NCBI GenBank assembly: GCA_964505265.1 | Contig: CAZDGN010000001.1 | Location: 86,767-150,766 of the forward strand | Direction of reading: 5' to 3' | DNA length: 64,000 nt | DNA from: an uncultured Rickettsia sp. | GTDB taxonomy: Bacteria > Pseudomonadota > Alphaproteobacteria > Rickettsiales > UBA1997 | In this document: in pieces, positions 48,434 through 58,855 of the stretch | Layout of the letters: each line of letters starts with the position of its first letter | How positions within the stretch are numbered: position 1 is the stretch's first letter | Notes under the pieces: model-generated | Database searches by the model: none | What the model saw: the letters and a program-made list of their open reading frames with translations, nothing else | Told to the model about the DNA's origin: nothing | Program-made: the position numbers and the translations under genes

Positions 48434-49486
48434 TTAAATTAAAAATATTAAAATACCTATAATGGCAAAGACTAGGGAAGCCATCCAAAATCGAGCGACA
48501 ACTTTTTGCTCACTCCAGCCAATTTTTTCGAAGTGATGATGAATTGGTGACATTAAGAATACTCTTTTTTTGCGGATTTTGTAGGAGCTAACCTGAATTA
48601 TCACAGACAATGCTTCGATAATAAAGAGTGAAGAAATAATTAAAAAGACAAATTCTTGTTTGCAAATTATTGCCATTAGGCCAAGAACTGAGCCGATTCC
48701 AAGACTACCGACATCGCCCATAAAAATTTTAGCGGGTTTTAAATTAAGCAATAAAAAACCTAAAATTGCTCCAATCAAAGAAATACAAAAAAAGATTAAT
48801 TCACCAGAAAATAAAATTTGAGGTATATCAAGTTGTTTTGCAAGATCTTTGTTTGAGCAAGCATGAATTAATAAAATCAAACAAAGTAAATTAATTATTG
48901 CTGGAACCGAAACCAAACCATCAAGACCATCGGTGAGGTTAACGGCATTTGATGTACCAACAATTACCATAGTAAAAAATACGATGTAAATTGCTAAGGG
49001 CAGAAAAAAATAATAATGAGAACCAATCGGAAAAAATATTTGCCCCGTAGCATGAACTGGGTCAATCAAATTAAGCCATAAAAAGGCAATTCCAATAACA
49101 AAAAATTGAATTACAATTTTATAGCTTCCTTTAAAACCTTTGGAATTTTTATAAAAAACTTTGAGCAAATCGTCTGTCAAACCTATTAAAGCAAAACTAA
49201 TCATAATCGAACATACCACTAAAATATAGCGATTTGTTATATCGATAAAAAATAAAGTAGTGATAAGTGTTGCTAAAATTATGAAGATGCCACCCATTGT
49301 TGGGGTTTTCTTTTTATTTAGTAAGTGTGTTTGTGGACCATCGGCGCGAATTGGTTGAAAAATATTATTGCTGTTCATATAGACAATATATTTTTTAAGG
49401 GAAAAAAAACATATTGTAAATGATGAGGCAAAGCATAATAAGGCTTTTATCCAGATAGATTTAAAAATAATAAGATTAGTGAGCAC
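48434..49486 (-). CDS. mraY: Phospho-N-acetylmuramoyl-pentapeptide transferase
   Basis: Contains NAVNLTDGLDGL, MGDVGSLGIG and SPIHHHFE. Confidence 0.95.
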   Translation of the reverse strand: MLTNLIIFKSIWIKALLCFASSFTICFFSLKKYIVYMNSNNIFQPIRADGPQTHLLNKKKTPTMGGIFIILATLITTLFFIDITNRYILVVCSIMISFALIGLTDDLLKVFYKNSKGFKGSYKIVIQFFVIGIAFLWLNLIDPVHATGQIFFPIGSHYYFFLPLAIYIVFFTMVIVGTSNAVNLTDGLDGLVSVPAIINLLCLILLIHACSNKDLAKQLDIPQILFSGELIFFCISLIGAILGFLLLNLKPAKIFMGDVGSLGIGSVLGLMAIICKQEFVFLIISSLFIIEALSVIIQVSSYKIRKKRVFLMSPIHHHFEKIGWSEQKVVARFWMASLVFAIIGILIFLI

Positions 49487-50909
49487 TGTTTTTTAAAGTT
49501 AGTTTTTCAATAAAATTTTCCATTTTAATACCTCTAGAGCCTTTGAGATAAATGATGTCACCATCATTAACTAAATTTTCTATTGATTCACTAGCAGTTT
49601 TTGAATCTGGATAGGTAGTTGCATTATTTAATTTGACCTGATTTTGAGCTTCATGCATTTGTTTTCCAACTAATATAACCTTATCAATATTTTTACTTTG
49701 AACAAATTTTAGTAATTCTTGATGAATTTCTTCGGATTTTTCTCCGAGTTCAAGCATATCACCAAGGGCACAAATTATTCGATTTTTATTTAATGTTTTA
49801 GCAAGGTTAAAGCAGTTTTCAATTCCAGATTTCATTGATAAGATACTTGCGTTGTATGTGTCATCAATGATGGTAATTTTTTTATTATTATAAATTATAT
49901 TTGATATTTTTCCTCTTCCTTGAGCACAAGAAAACTCTTCTAAACCTTTGATGCCTGCAAATAAATCGTTGCCGATTAAATCCAGACATGCAATGGTAAT
50001 GACAGTATTAGAAGAAATTGCAGGGTTAAGAGATTTAATTGAAAAATTGATTTCAGTGTTGGAATCCTTCAATTCAATTGTAATTTCAGAATTTAAATTT
50101 GAATTTGGTTGAATATTTTTAATTTTGTAATCCGAATTTTTGTTATGTGAAAATTTCAAAATATGTGACTCCTTGATACCAGCCATTATAGCTTGCTTTT
50201 TGATAAATTCAAAGTGAATATTGTCGTAATTTAAAATTGCATATCCATTTGGACAAATTCCTGCAAAAATTTCTGATTTTGCTAATGCAATTTCTTGTTC
50301 ATTAGTAAAAAATTCAATATGGACAGGTCCGACATTGGTAATAATTGCGATATGTGGTTGAGCAATTTTTGAGAGATGAATTATTTCGTTTAAGTGATTC
50401 ATTCCCATTTCAAAAATCGCATATTTACAATCTGATTCTAAGTTGGCAAGGGATAATGGCAATCCAATATGATTATTTAAGTTACCAAAGTTAGCAAAAG
50501 TTTTACCCTGAGATTCAAATGCCATTTTTAACATTTCTTTGGTGCTTGTTTTACCAACGCTTCCGGTTATGGCGATGATTTTAGCCTGAGTTCTAAATCG
50601 CGAAAATTTCGCCAAATCATTTAAGGCTTCATATGAATTTTTTACGATGATTAAATTTTTTATAAAATTTGGATTAAGATTTTTAGGAATTGCTTCTACG
50701 ATGCAATAGCTAGCACCTTGATTTATGGTGTCATTTACAAAGTTATGTCCATCATTAACACTACCTTTTAAAGCAATGAAAATTGAATTTTTTTGAACCT
50801 TACGACTATCAATTACGACATCAGTTGTTGGTAATTTTAAATCATTAAAAGGTTGAATTAGCTGGTCTTTTAAGGCCAATGATAATTCCTTTGCACTCCA
50901 TAATTGCAT
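49476..50909 (-). CDS. murF: UDP-N-acetylmuramoyl-tripeptide--D-alanyl-D-alanine ligase
   Basis: The P-loop is ITGSVGKTSTKEM, with Mur ligase middle and C-terminal domains. I trimmed the start from 50948 to the ATG at 50909. Confidence 0.9.
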   Translation of the reverse strand: MQLWSAKELSLALKDQLIQPFNDLKLPTTDVVIDSRKVQKNSIFIALKGSVNDGHNFVNDTINQGASYCIVEAIPKNLNPNFIKNLIIVKNSYEALNDLAKFSRFRTQAKIIAITGSVGKTSTKEMLKMAFESQGKTFANFGNLNNHIGLPLSLANLESDCKYAIFEMGMNHLNEIIHLSKIAQPHIAIITNVGPVHIEFFTNEQEIALAKSEIFAGICPNGYAILNYDNIHFEFIKKQAIMAGIKESHILKFSHNKNSDYKIKNIQPNSNLNSEITIELKDSNTEINFSIKSLNPAISSNTVITIACLDLIGNDLFAGIKGLEEFSCAQGRGKISNIIYNNKKITIIDDTYNASILSMKSGIENCFNLAKTLNKNRIICALGDMLELGEKSEEIHQELLKFVQSKNIDKVILVGKQMHEAQNQVKLNNATTYPDSKTASESIENLVNDGDIIYLKGSRGIKMENFIEKLTLKNSAH

Positions 50910-50910
50910 A

Positions 50911-51900
50911 TTATTTTTTAAATTCGTTAATAAATTTTTCAATTTCATTTAATTCGAAACGAGCTCCAAATTTTTGAATAATTTTGCTAGCTAAAAAATT
51001 AGCAAAATTTGCACAATCTATAAATGATTTTCCATTTTGGAATTGATACAAAAAAGCACTAGCAAAAATATCGCCCGCACCTGTAGTGTCAACAACATTT
51101 TTAACTTCGTAGCCTTCAACTGGGAACAATTGATCATTATAAAAAATTGCCGACCCTTTTGCTCCAAGAGTAAGAGCTAAAATTAGTTTTGGATTTAAAT
51201 CACTAATAAATTTTTGAATTAAATTTGATTCCAAAATACTAAAATTAGTAAGTTTTGCAATTTCTGATTCATTAGCAAATAAAATATCTATATCGTGTTT
51301 AATTAACTCTAAAAAATCCTTTTGATGACGATCAACACAAAATCCATCTGATAAACTAAAGGCGATTTTTAATTGCTGTTGTTTAGCTAATTTTATTGCT
51401 TTTTTAATCGATAAAATCGATTCTGGGCGATCCCATAAATAACCCTCAATAAATAAAATTTTACCATCGGCAAATAATTTTTCGTTAATTAAGCTTGGGT
51501 CAATTTGCGGAGCGCAGCCAAGGTAAGTTGCCATTGTTCTTTGTCCATCGGGTGAAACAAAAATAAAAGATGAAGCGGTGCTTTGATTTGGGCTTATAAA
51601 GCCTTTAAATTTACAATTTTCATTTTCAATTTGTTCAATAAATAATTTCCCAGTGTGGTCATTGCCAACATTACCAATGAATTCAACTTTTGCTCCCAAA
51701 AGAGAAAGGTTAGAAATTGAATTGCCAATTGAGCCGCCCGAACAAAATTTTTCGAATTTAGAATTTAAATTAGTCTTAACAAAATTCTGGTCAACTAAAC
51801 TCATTGAGCCTTTAACTAAATTATTTTCCTTTAAAAAACTATCTTCAATCTTAATAAAGAAATCAACTATAGCATTGCCAATTCCGATTATTTTATGCAT
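50911..51900 (-). CDS. PfkB-family kinase (adenosine kinase-like)
   Basis: Contains IGIGNAIVDFF and DTTGAGDIFASAF. I trimmed the start from 51966 to the ATG at 51900, 4 nt after the tyrS stop. Confidence 0.8.
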   Translation of the reverse strand: MHKIIGIGNAIVDFFIKIEDSFLKENNLVKGSMSLVDQNFVKTNLNSKFEKFCSGGSIGNSISNLSLLGAKVEFIGNVGNDHTGKLFIEQIENENCKFKGFISPNQSTASSFIFVSPDGQRTMATYLGCAPQIDPSLINEKLFADGKILFIEGYLWDRPESILSIKKAIKLAKQQQLKIAFSLSDGFCVDRHQKDFLELIKHDIDILFANESEIAKLTNFSILESNLIQKFISDLNPKLILALTLGAKGSAIFYNDQLFPVEGYEVKNVVDTTGAGDIFASAFLYQFQNGKSFIDCANFANFLASKIIQKFGARFELNEIEKFINEFKK

Positions 51901-53155
51901 TTTTATTAAATTTAATTTTAAAAAATTTTTTCTTGCCAATTGCGAGATCAAAATTATGCTTTTCAATGATAAGATGGTTAATATCGTTAACCAAATTATT
52001 GTTGATTTTAACTGCCTTGCCCTCGATTAATCTTTTGGCATCTGCCTTTGATTCTGTAGCTTTGATAGCAATTATAATATCGGTAATTTTTAGGCCATTT
52101 TCAGGAAGGTCTAAATAAAATTCCTCAAATGCATCAGGGTTTTTTTGTAAGAAAATTTGGCGAGCTTTATATAGACAATCATTGGCAATATTTTCGCCAT
52201 GACAAATTTTGGTGGTTTCAAAAGCTAAAATTTCCTTTACTTGGTTTAAATCTTTCCCGGATAGAGTGGAAAATTTATTAATCTCTTCGAGTGGCATATC
52301 GGTAAATAATTTTAGAAATTTAATTACATCATCATCGTGAGAATTTCGAAAAAACTGAAAATACTCAAATGCTGGTAAATCATCGATGCTAAGCCAAACT
52401 GCTCCATCAGCGGTTTTGCCCATTTTTTTTCCATCTGCGGTGATTAAAAGTGGGGTGGTTAAACCAAAGGCTTCGCTTCTATTTTGTTTTTCTAAGAAAT
52501 TTAATTTGCGGATTAATTCAACGCCGTTAACAATATTGCCCCATTGGTCAGAACCTCCAATTTGAAGGGTGCAATTGAAATTTTTGTGAAGATGGAAAAA
52601 ATCATAGGCTTGCAAAATCATATAATTAAATTCCAAAAAAGACAAAGGTTGTTCGCGATCAAGCCGAGTTTTAACCGAGTCAAAGCTAAGCATTCGATTA
52701 ATCGAGAAATGCCTACCAATATCGCGAAGAAAATCAATATAATTCAAGTTTTCAAGCCAATCTATATTATTTAAAATCATAGCTTTATTATTAGAAAAAT
52801 CTAAAAATTTTTCTAAAACTTTTTTAATACCTAGTAAATTTTGTGAAATTTGTTGATTGTCAAGAATTTTTCGAGCCTCGTCTTTGCCAGATGGGTCGCC
52901 TATTTTTGTGGTTCCACCACCCAATAAGATTATTGGATAATGACCATATTTTTGGAGTAATCGTAAAATCATGATTTGAATTAAACTTCCAGCATGAAGA
53001 CTATGTGCGGTGCAATCAAAGCCGATATAGCAATGAATTTTTTCTTCTTGGAATTTTTGTTGCAAAACATTTAAATCAGTGCATTGAGCTAAATATCCGC
53101 GGTCAATAAATTCTTGTAAAAAACTAATATTTTTTGTATTAATATTTTTCGACAT
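51893..53155 (-). CDS. tyrS: Tyrosyl-tRNA synthetase
   Basis: The HIGH-region reads GFDCTAHSLHAGSL and the KMSKS-type motif is KMGKT. A C-terminal S4-like domain is present. Confidence 0.95.
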   Translation of the reverse strand: MSKNINTKNISFLQEFIDRGYLAQCTDLNVLQQKFQEEKIHCYIGFDCTAHSLHAGSLIQIMILRLLQKYGHYPIILLGGGTTKIGDPSGKDEARKILDNQQISQNLLGIKKVLEKFLDFSNNKAMILNNIDWLENLNYIDFLRDIGRHFSINRMLSFDSVKTRLDREQPLSFLEFNYMILQAYDFFHLHKNFNCTLQIGGSDQWGNIVNGVELIRKLNFLEKQNRSEAFGLTTPLLITADGKKMGKTADGAVWLSIDDLPAFEYFQFFRNSHDDDVIKFLKLFTDMPLEEINKFSTLSGKDLNQVKEILAFETTKICHGENIANDCLYKARQIFLQKNPDAFEEFYLDLPENGLKITDIIIAIKATESKADAKRLIEGKAVKINNNLVNDINHLIIEKHNFDLAIGKKKFFKIKFNKNA

Positions 53156-53277
53156 CGCTGAAAATTTTATTTAAAAAAACAATTTTAATTAAAAAAAATT
53201 ATTTTAAAATCTTTTTTTAAAAATAAAATTTACAACATTTATTAATGAATTTTAAAATTAATTTTAAGTAAAATATT

Positions 53278-54132
53278 ATGAATATTGAAGATAAGCAAAA
53301 GTTAACATCGGCTTGGTTTAAAAAATTACGAGATAAAATTTGCTTTGAGTTTGAAAAAATTGAACAAGAATTTGACCCAAAATATCCTAGTAAGTTTAAT
53401 CGAAAAAACTGGAATCGCATCGATAAAACTGCGCCTAATAATGATGGCGGATATGGTGAAATGTCAATAATGAAGGGCAATGTCTTTGAAAAGGTTGGAG
53501 TTAATTTTTCTGAAGTTCATGGTGAATTCTCTCCTGAATTTAGTCGAGAAATTCCAGGTGCCGATAAAAATCCTAAATTTTGGGCTTCAGGCATTTCTTT
53601 AGTCGCCCACATGAAATCGCCATTAACTCCAGCGGTTCACCTCAACACTAGGTTTATTTGTACTGAAAAAAATTGGTTTGGTGGTGGCACTGACTTGAAT
53701 CCTGCCATAGAAAATCCTCAAGATACTATTGATTTCCATTCGGCACTTAAAAAAGTTTGCGACCAAACCGATTCATCTTATTATGAAAAATTTAAAAAAT
53801 GGTGCGATGATTATTTTTTCATTAAGCATAGGGGGGTTGCAAGAGGGGTAGGCGGAGTTTTTTATGATTATTTAAATACTGATAATTTTGAAAATGATTT
53901 TAATTTTACTAAAAATATTGGTTTGGCCTTTTTAGATATCTATCCAAAGATTGTTCGCAGACATATGTCTAAAAAATTTAACGATGAACAAAAACAAATT
54001 CAATTGCAAAAACGAGGATTATATGCAGAATTTAATTTAGTTTATGATCGTGGCACTAAATTTGGACTTATGACTGACGGCAATGTTGAGGCTATTCTTA
54101 TGTCGCTTCCGCCTTTAGCTAAATGGGAATAA
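53278..54132 (+). CDS. hemF: Oxygen-dependent coproporphyrinogen-III oxidase
   Basis: Contains GGGTDLNP and RGLYAEFNLVYDRGTKFGL. Confidence 0.95.
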   Translation: MNIEDKQKLTSAWFKKLRDKICFEFEKIEQEFDPKYPSKFNRKNWNRIDKTAPNNDGGYGEMSIMKGNVFEKVGVNFSEVHGEFSPEFSREIPGADKNPKFWASGISLVAHMKSPLTPAVHLNTRFICTEKNWFGGGTDLNPAIENPQDTIDFHSALKKVCDQTDSSYYEKFKKWCDDYFFIKHRGVARGVGGVFYDYLNTDNFENDFNFTKNIGLAFLDIYPKIVRRHMSKKFNDEQKQIQLQKRGLYAEFNLVYDRGTKFGLMTDGNVEAILMSLPPLAKWE

Positions 54133-54149
54133 AATTTAAAAAATAGTTT

Positions 54150-54875
54150 ATGGAAAAATTAAATAAGATTTATGATGGAAAGGCAAAGATTTTGTATTCT
54201 ACTTCAAATTCAAATAAATTGATTCAATATTTCAAGGATGAGGCTACTGCTTTTAATGCTCAAAAAAAAGCTGTAATCGAAAATAAAGGAGTTTTAAATA
54301 ATTTCTTGTCGGAATTTTTTATGTTGCAAATGGAAAAAAATTCAATACCAACTCATTTTATTCAAAGGCTTAATCAGCGCGAACAGCTAATCAAGAAAGC
54401 CAAAATTTTTGCCCTTGAAGTTATTGTTAGAAATGTTTCAGCGGGATCATTATCCAAAAAACTTGGAATTGAAGAGGGTATTAAATTTGATAAGCCAATT
54501 TTTGAAATTTGTTATAAAAATGATGCCTTACAAGACCCTTTAATTAATGATGATTATGCCGTTTATGCTCTTAAGATTTTATCGCTTCCTCAGCTGCAGA
54601 TCATAAAAGAATATGCTTTTAAAATTAACGAAATTCTCACTAAAATTTTTGAGGATGTTGGAATAATTTTAGTTGATTTTAAAATCGAATTTGGGTTAGA
54701 TTGCAATGATAATAAAACCATAATCTTGGCTGATGAAATTAGTCCAGATAGCTGTAGATTATGGGATAAAGACACTCTTGAAAAGCTAGACAAAGACCGC
54801 TTCCGTCGAGATTTGGGAGGGCTTTGCGAAGCTTATTTAAATGTTGCCAATCGTTTGAAAATATCAATTAACTAA
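54150..54875 (+). CDS. purC: SAICAR synthetase
   Basis: Contains YDGKAKILY and LADEISPDSCRLWD. Confidence 0.95.
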   Translation: MEKLNKIYDGKAKILYSTSNSNKLIQYFKDEATAFNAQKKAVIENKGVLNNFLSEFFMLQMEKNSIPTHFIQRLNQREQLIKKAKIFALEVIVRNVSAGSLSKKLGIEEGIKFDKPIFEICYKNDALQDPLINDDYAVYALKILSLPQLQIIKEYAFKINEILTKIFEDVGIILVDFKIEFGLDCNDNKTIILADEISPDSCRLWDKDTLEKLDKDRFRRDLGGLCEAYLNVANRLKISIN

Positions 54876-54883
54876 TAAAAATT

Positions 54884-55126
54884 ATGAAAATTAGAGTGAA
54901 TATTTCTTTAAAAAAAGCAGTTTTAGACACACAAGGTAAGGCTATTGAGTCAGCTTTGGTTAAAAATTTAGGTTATAGTCAAATCGGCAATGTTCGCCAA
55001 GGAAAGTTTGTTGACCTTGAAATTAATACCGATTCTGTTGATGAAGCGAAAAAAATTGTCGATGAAATTGCCGATAAATTATTGGTAAATAAAATTATCG
55101 AAGATTATAATTTTGAAATTTTGTAA
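54884..55126 (+). CDS. purS: FGAM synthase subunit PurS
   Basis: 80 aa, positioned between purC and purQ. The PurS-like pattern is VLDTQGKAIESAL. Confidence 0.9.
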   Translation: MKIRVNISLKKAVLDTQGKAIESALVKNLGYSQIGNVRQGKFVDLEINTDSVDEAKKIVDEIADKLLVNKIIEDYNFEIL

Positions 55127-55143
55127 AACTAAACTTACTTAAT

Positions 55144-55830
55144 ATGAAATCAGTAGTTATAACTTTTCCAGGCTCTAATTGCGATAGGGATGCAGTTGAT
55201 GCGTTGCAAAAAATTAATTCCAAGGTGCAAAGGGTCTGGCATAGTGAAGCTTCTCTTAATAATGACCTTGATTTAATTGTGGTTCCGGGTGGTTTTTCTT
55301 TTGGAGATTATCTTAGAAGTGGGGCTATGGCGAGTATTTCGCCTATTATTAGTGAAGTTAGAAGATTATCTTTGAAGGGAGTGAGAGTTCTCGGGGTATG
55401 TAATGGCTTTCAAATATTGACCGAAGCTAATTTACTTCCAGGGGTTTTGACTCGTAATAGTAAAATTAAATTTATTTGTAAATCAGTGTTTATTCGAGTT
55501 GAAAATAATCAAACTGATTTTACCAAAAATTTTAAATCACGTCAGGTAATTTCTATGCCAATAGCTCATATGGATGGTAATTATTTTGCCAATTCTGAAA
55601 CTTTAAAAATGATTGAAGATAATTCAATGATTGCCTTCAAATATGTTGATGCTTATGGCAATGTTTCTGATGAAGCTAATCCCAACGGTTCTTCATTAAA
55701 TATCGCAGGTATTTATAATATGGAAAAAAATATTTTAGGTATGATGCCTCACCCAGAAAGGGCAATTGATAAAAATACGGGTTCAAGCGATGGTTTGATG
55801 ATATTTGAATCGCTTAATAATTTATTTTAA
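55144..55830 (+). CDS. purQ: FGAM synthase glutaminase subunit PurQ
   Basis: The nucleophile motif is GVCNGFQIL, and MMPHPER is also present. Confidence 0.95.
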   Translation: MKSVVITFPGSNCDRDAVDALQKINSKVQRVWHSEASLNNDLDLIVVPGGFSFGDYLRSGAMASISPIISEVRRLSLKGVRVLGVCNGFQILTEANLLPGVLTRNSKIKFICKSVFIRVENNQTDFTKNFKSRQVISMPIAHMDGNYFANSETLKMIEDNSMIAFKYVDAYGNVSDEANPNGSSLNIAGIYNMEKNILGMMPHPERAIDKNTGSSDGLMIFESLNNLF

Positions 55831-55831
55831 T

Positions 55832-56434
55832 ATGACCAAAAAAATCAGAGTTGCTATTTTAATTTCAGGAAGAGGTTCAAATATGAAAGCTTTGATTAAT
55901 GCTTGCAAAGATCCTGATTTTCCTGCAGAAATTTGTCTGGTAATTTCAAACAAATCAGATGCTGAAGGCTTAAATTATGCTCAACAAAATCAAATTGCTA
56001 CCAAAATTATTGAAAGTAAAAATTTTTCAAAAGATGAAAATGGAAGAACTAATTATGATAAGTTGGTTTTTGAAGAAATTCTTAATCATCAAATTGATTT
56101 AGTTTGTTTAGCGGGTTTTATGCGTATTTTATCAAAATGGTTTGTAGAGAATTTGGCAAATAAAATAATCAATATTCATCCATCTTTACTTCCAAGTTTT
56201 AAGGGAGCAAATGCGGTATTTGATGCTTTACAAGCTGGTGTAAAAATTACCGGTTGCACCACACATTATGTCACTGAAAAATTGGATGATGGACCCATAA
56301 TTTATCAGTCGGCAGTTGAAATTGATGTTGATGATAATTTAGAAAGTCTTGCCAAAAAAATATTAGTTCAAGAGCATATAATCTATCCAAAAACTCTGCG
56401 ATTAATTTCAAAAAAAATACTTAATTTACTATGA
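55832..56434 (+). CDS. purN: Phosphoribosylglycinamide formyltransferase
   Basis: Contains ILISGRGSN and NIHPSLLPSFKG. I trimmed the start from 55805 to the ATG at 55832. Confidence 0.9.
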   Translation: MTKKIRVAILISGRGSNMKALINACKDPDFPAEICLVISNKSDAEGLNYAQQNQIATKIIESKNFSKDENGRTNYDKLVFEEILNHQIDLVCLAGFMRILSKWFVENLANKIINIHPSLLPSFKGANAVFDALQAGVKITGCTTHYVTEKLDDGPIIYQSAVEIDVDDNLESLAKKILVQEHIIYPKTLRLISKKILNLL

Positions 56435-56991
56435 AGACTTTACCTTTAGTTTTAGCACCCGATCCATTTTTAAAAAAAATTTCTCAAGCAGTCGATAAAA
56501 TCGATGATAGCCTCAAAGAATTTCTAAAACAAATGGTGCAAACTATGTATCATGAGGGTGGGGTTGGTCTTGCTGGAGTTCAGGTTGGATTTTTAAAAAG
56601 AGTTTTAGTAATGGATGTTGATTATGAAATTTCTCATCATCACCACCATGATGATGAAGAAATTGAATGCAAAGATTTTGAAATTATCAATCCAAATCCA
56701 CAATATTTTATTAATCCAGAAATAATTGAGTCCTCATCTGAAAAATCCAGCTTCAATGAGGGTTGTTTGTCATTTCCTGGTGCTAGAGCTGAAGTGATTC
56801 GCCCCGAAGCAATAACTGTAAAATTTCTTGACATCAATGGGCAAGAACAGGTAAAAAGATATGATGGAATTTCTGCAACTTGTATTCAACATGAGATTGA
56901 TCATTTAAATGGCATAACTTTTGTTGATAGAATATCGCCTTTAAAAAAAGAAGTAATTCTTAAAAAAATAAAAAAACGCAAAAATGGCTAA
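56431..56991 (+). CDS. def: Peptide deformylase
   Basis: Contains GVGLAGVQVG, EGCLSFPG and QHEIDHLNG. A His5/acidic insertion lies between motifs 1 and 2. Confidence 0.92.
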   Translation: MKTLPLVLAPDPFLKKISQAVDKIDDSLKEFLKQMVQTMYHEGGVGLAGVQVGFLKRVLVMDVDYEISHHHHHDDEEIECKDFEIINPNPQYFINPEIIESSSEKSSFNEGCLSFPGARAEVIRPEAITVKFLDINGQEQVKRYDGISATCIQHEIDHLNGITFVDRISPLKKEVILKKIKKRKNG

Positions 56992-58180
56992 TTTCAGATA
57001 TAGAGCAATTAATCAGGAAGGTAAGTATATAACTGGCAAAATCTCAGCTGAAAATCCTTCGGATTTAATGTCGCTATTGAAATCTAGCTCTCTTGAATTG
57101 GTATCGTTTCGTGAAGAAAAAAATAATTTTGCAAATTTACTGGGTGGTTTAAAAAGTAGCGAACTTATTACTATTTTTATTCACCTTGAACAGCTTGATA
57201 GAGCTGGTGTATCGATTATTGATTCAATTCAAGATTTAAAAGAAACCTCGGATTCCAATAAAGTTAAAAACTTAATGCAAGAAATATACGAGTCGATTAA
57301 AAATGGTAATTTATTTTCCGAAAGTCTTGCTAAAAGACCTGATATTTTTAAATCAACCTATGTTGGTTTAATTGCTATGGGAGAAAAAACTGGTAATTTA
57401 TCTAACTCTTTTACAAATATTATTGAAGATATTAAGTGGAATATTGAAATTCGAAGAAAAACCAGAAAAGCAATTATGGGTCCTTTATTTGGTCTTTCAT
57501 TGATGTTTTTAGTGCTTGGAGTTATGACTGCAGTGGTGGTTCCAAAGGTAACGGGTTTCTTATCTGCACAAAGTATTGATTTACCTTTTATTACTGTGGC
57601 CTTGGTTAATTTTTCTAATTTTGTACAAGGAAATTGGGCAAGTATTTTATTGCTTCCACCTCTAATTTATGGTTTAATTAAAGTTTTAGAAAGGCTTCCG
57701 GCTACTCAAATTAAAGTCGATTATTTTAAGTTAAAAATTCCAGTTTTTGGTGGAATTATAACTAAAATTGAATCAGCCAAATTTTGTCAGTTTTTTGCAA
57801 TGACTTTTAAAAGCGGTCTGGGTGTGCTTGAGTGCCTTGATTCTTCAAGTGTTGCCCTTAAGAATAAGGCAATTAAAAATGCAATTAGTTTTGTGCGTCA
57901 ACAAGTTTCAGATGGACAATCATTATCGGGTTCTATTTCGGCAACAAAATTTTTTCCAAACTTGGTGGTAAGGATGTTTAAAGTTGGTGAGGAAAGCGGT
58001 AATATGGAAAGCTCATTGAAGAATATTAAATATTTCTACGACAAAGAAATCAACGACTCAATTGATAGAATTGTTGGATTAATTCAACCAACTATTACAG
58101 TTATTATGGGTGGAATGATCGCATGGATTGCGGTGGCGGTCTTTGGTCCAATTTACAGCACATTCTCGAATTTACAATAA
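56984..58180 (+). CDS. pilC: Type II secretion / type IV pilus platform protein (GspF/PilC family)
   Basis: 398 aa with two T2SS-F repeats (…LEQLDRAGVSIIDSIQ… and …MTFKSGLGVLECLD…) and 3 TM segments. Confidence 0.82.
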   Translation: MANFRYRAINQEGKYITGKISAENPSDLMSLLKSSSLELVSFREEKNNFANLLGGLKSSELITIFIHLEQLDRAGVSIIDSIQDLKETSDSNKVKNLMQEIYESIKNGNLFSESLAKRPDIFKSTYVGLIAMGEKTGNLSNSFTNIIEDIKWNIEIRRKTRKAIMGPLFGLSLMFLVLGVMTAVVVPKVTGFLSAQSIDLPFITVALVNFSNFVQGNWASILLLPPLIYGLIKVLERLPATQIKVDYFKLKIPVFGGIITKIESAKFCQFFAMTFKSGLGVLECLDSSSVALKNKAIKNAISFVRQQVSDGQSLSGSISATKFFPNLVVRMFKVGEESGNMESSLKNIKYFYDKEINDSIDRIVGLIQPTITVIMGGMIAWIAVAVFGPIYSTFSNLQ

Positions 58181-58800
58181 TGCTTACAGCTCAAAATTAT
58201 CTAGTTTTAGGAATTGGCACTGATATTGGAAAAACTTTTTTGGTAGAAAATATTTGTCGAAATTTCCCAAAATTTTTTGCTATTAAACCGCTAATTTCTG
58301 GATTTGATGATCCAGAAAATTCTGATAGTGGAAAAATTTTAAAGTCTTTAAATATTCAAATTAATACCAAAAATCTTGATAATATTTCGCCTTGGAGGTT
58401 TGAAAAGCCTGTATCACCAAATTTTATTAGCAATATTGATATGAATGAAATAATTGATTTTTGTAAAAACAAAATCGAGTATTGTAATCAAAATAATTTG
58501 TCGCTTTTGATAGAGGGTGTTGGCGGGGTGATGAGTCCGATTAATAAAAAAAATAATTTTTTAGATGTGGCAGAGATTTTGCAATTACCAATTATTTTGG
58601 TGATATCGAATTATCTTGGAGCTATTTCCCACACTCTTACCGCTATTAAGTCTATTGAGTCGCAAAATCTTAAAATTGACAAAATTATAGCTAATAATCA
58701 TATGAATATGCCAGTTTCAATGAATGAATTTATAGATTGTTTAAAAGATTTTGTTAATTATGAAATTGAAAATATCGAAAATTTTTTAAAAAAACCTTGA
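58180..58800 (+). CDS. bioD: Dethiobiotin synthetase
   Basis: The P-loop is LGIGTDIGKT, and EGVGGVMSP is also present. I trimmed the start from 58123 to the ATG at 58180 (TAATG overlap with the pilC stop). Confidence 0.8.
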   Translation: MLTAQNYLVLGIGTDIGKTFLVENICRNFPKFFAIKPLISGFDDPENSDSGKILKSLNIQINTKNLDNISPWRFEKPVSPNFISNIDMNEIIDFCKNKIEYCNQNNLSLLIEGVGGVMSPINKKNNFLDVAEILQLPIILVISNYLGAISHTLTAIKSIESQNLKIDKIIANNHMNMPVSMNEFIDCLKDFVNYEIENIENFLKKP

Positions 58801-58855
58801 TTAAAATTTAAAATGTTTTTTACTTAAATAATAAAATTTAATAACAAATAAAATT

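Noticed and set aside
53217-53480. 87-aa minus-strand ORF spanning the tyrS-hemF intergenic region and the hemF 5' end
   Set aside because: It overlaps the confidently called hemF start. The composition is typical of AT-rich non-coding translation.
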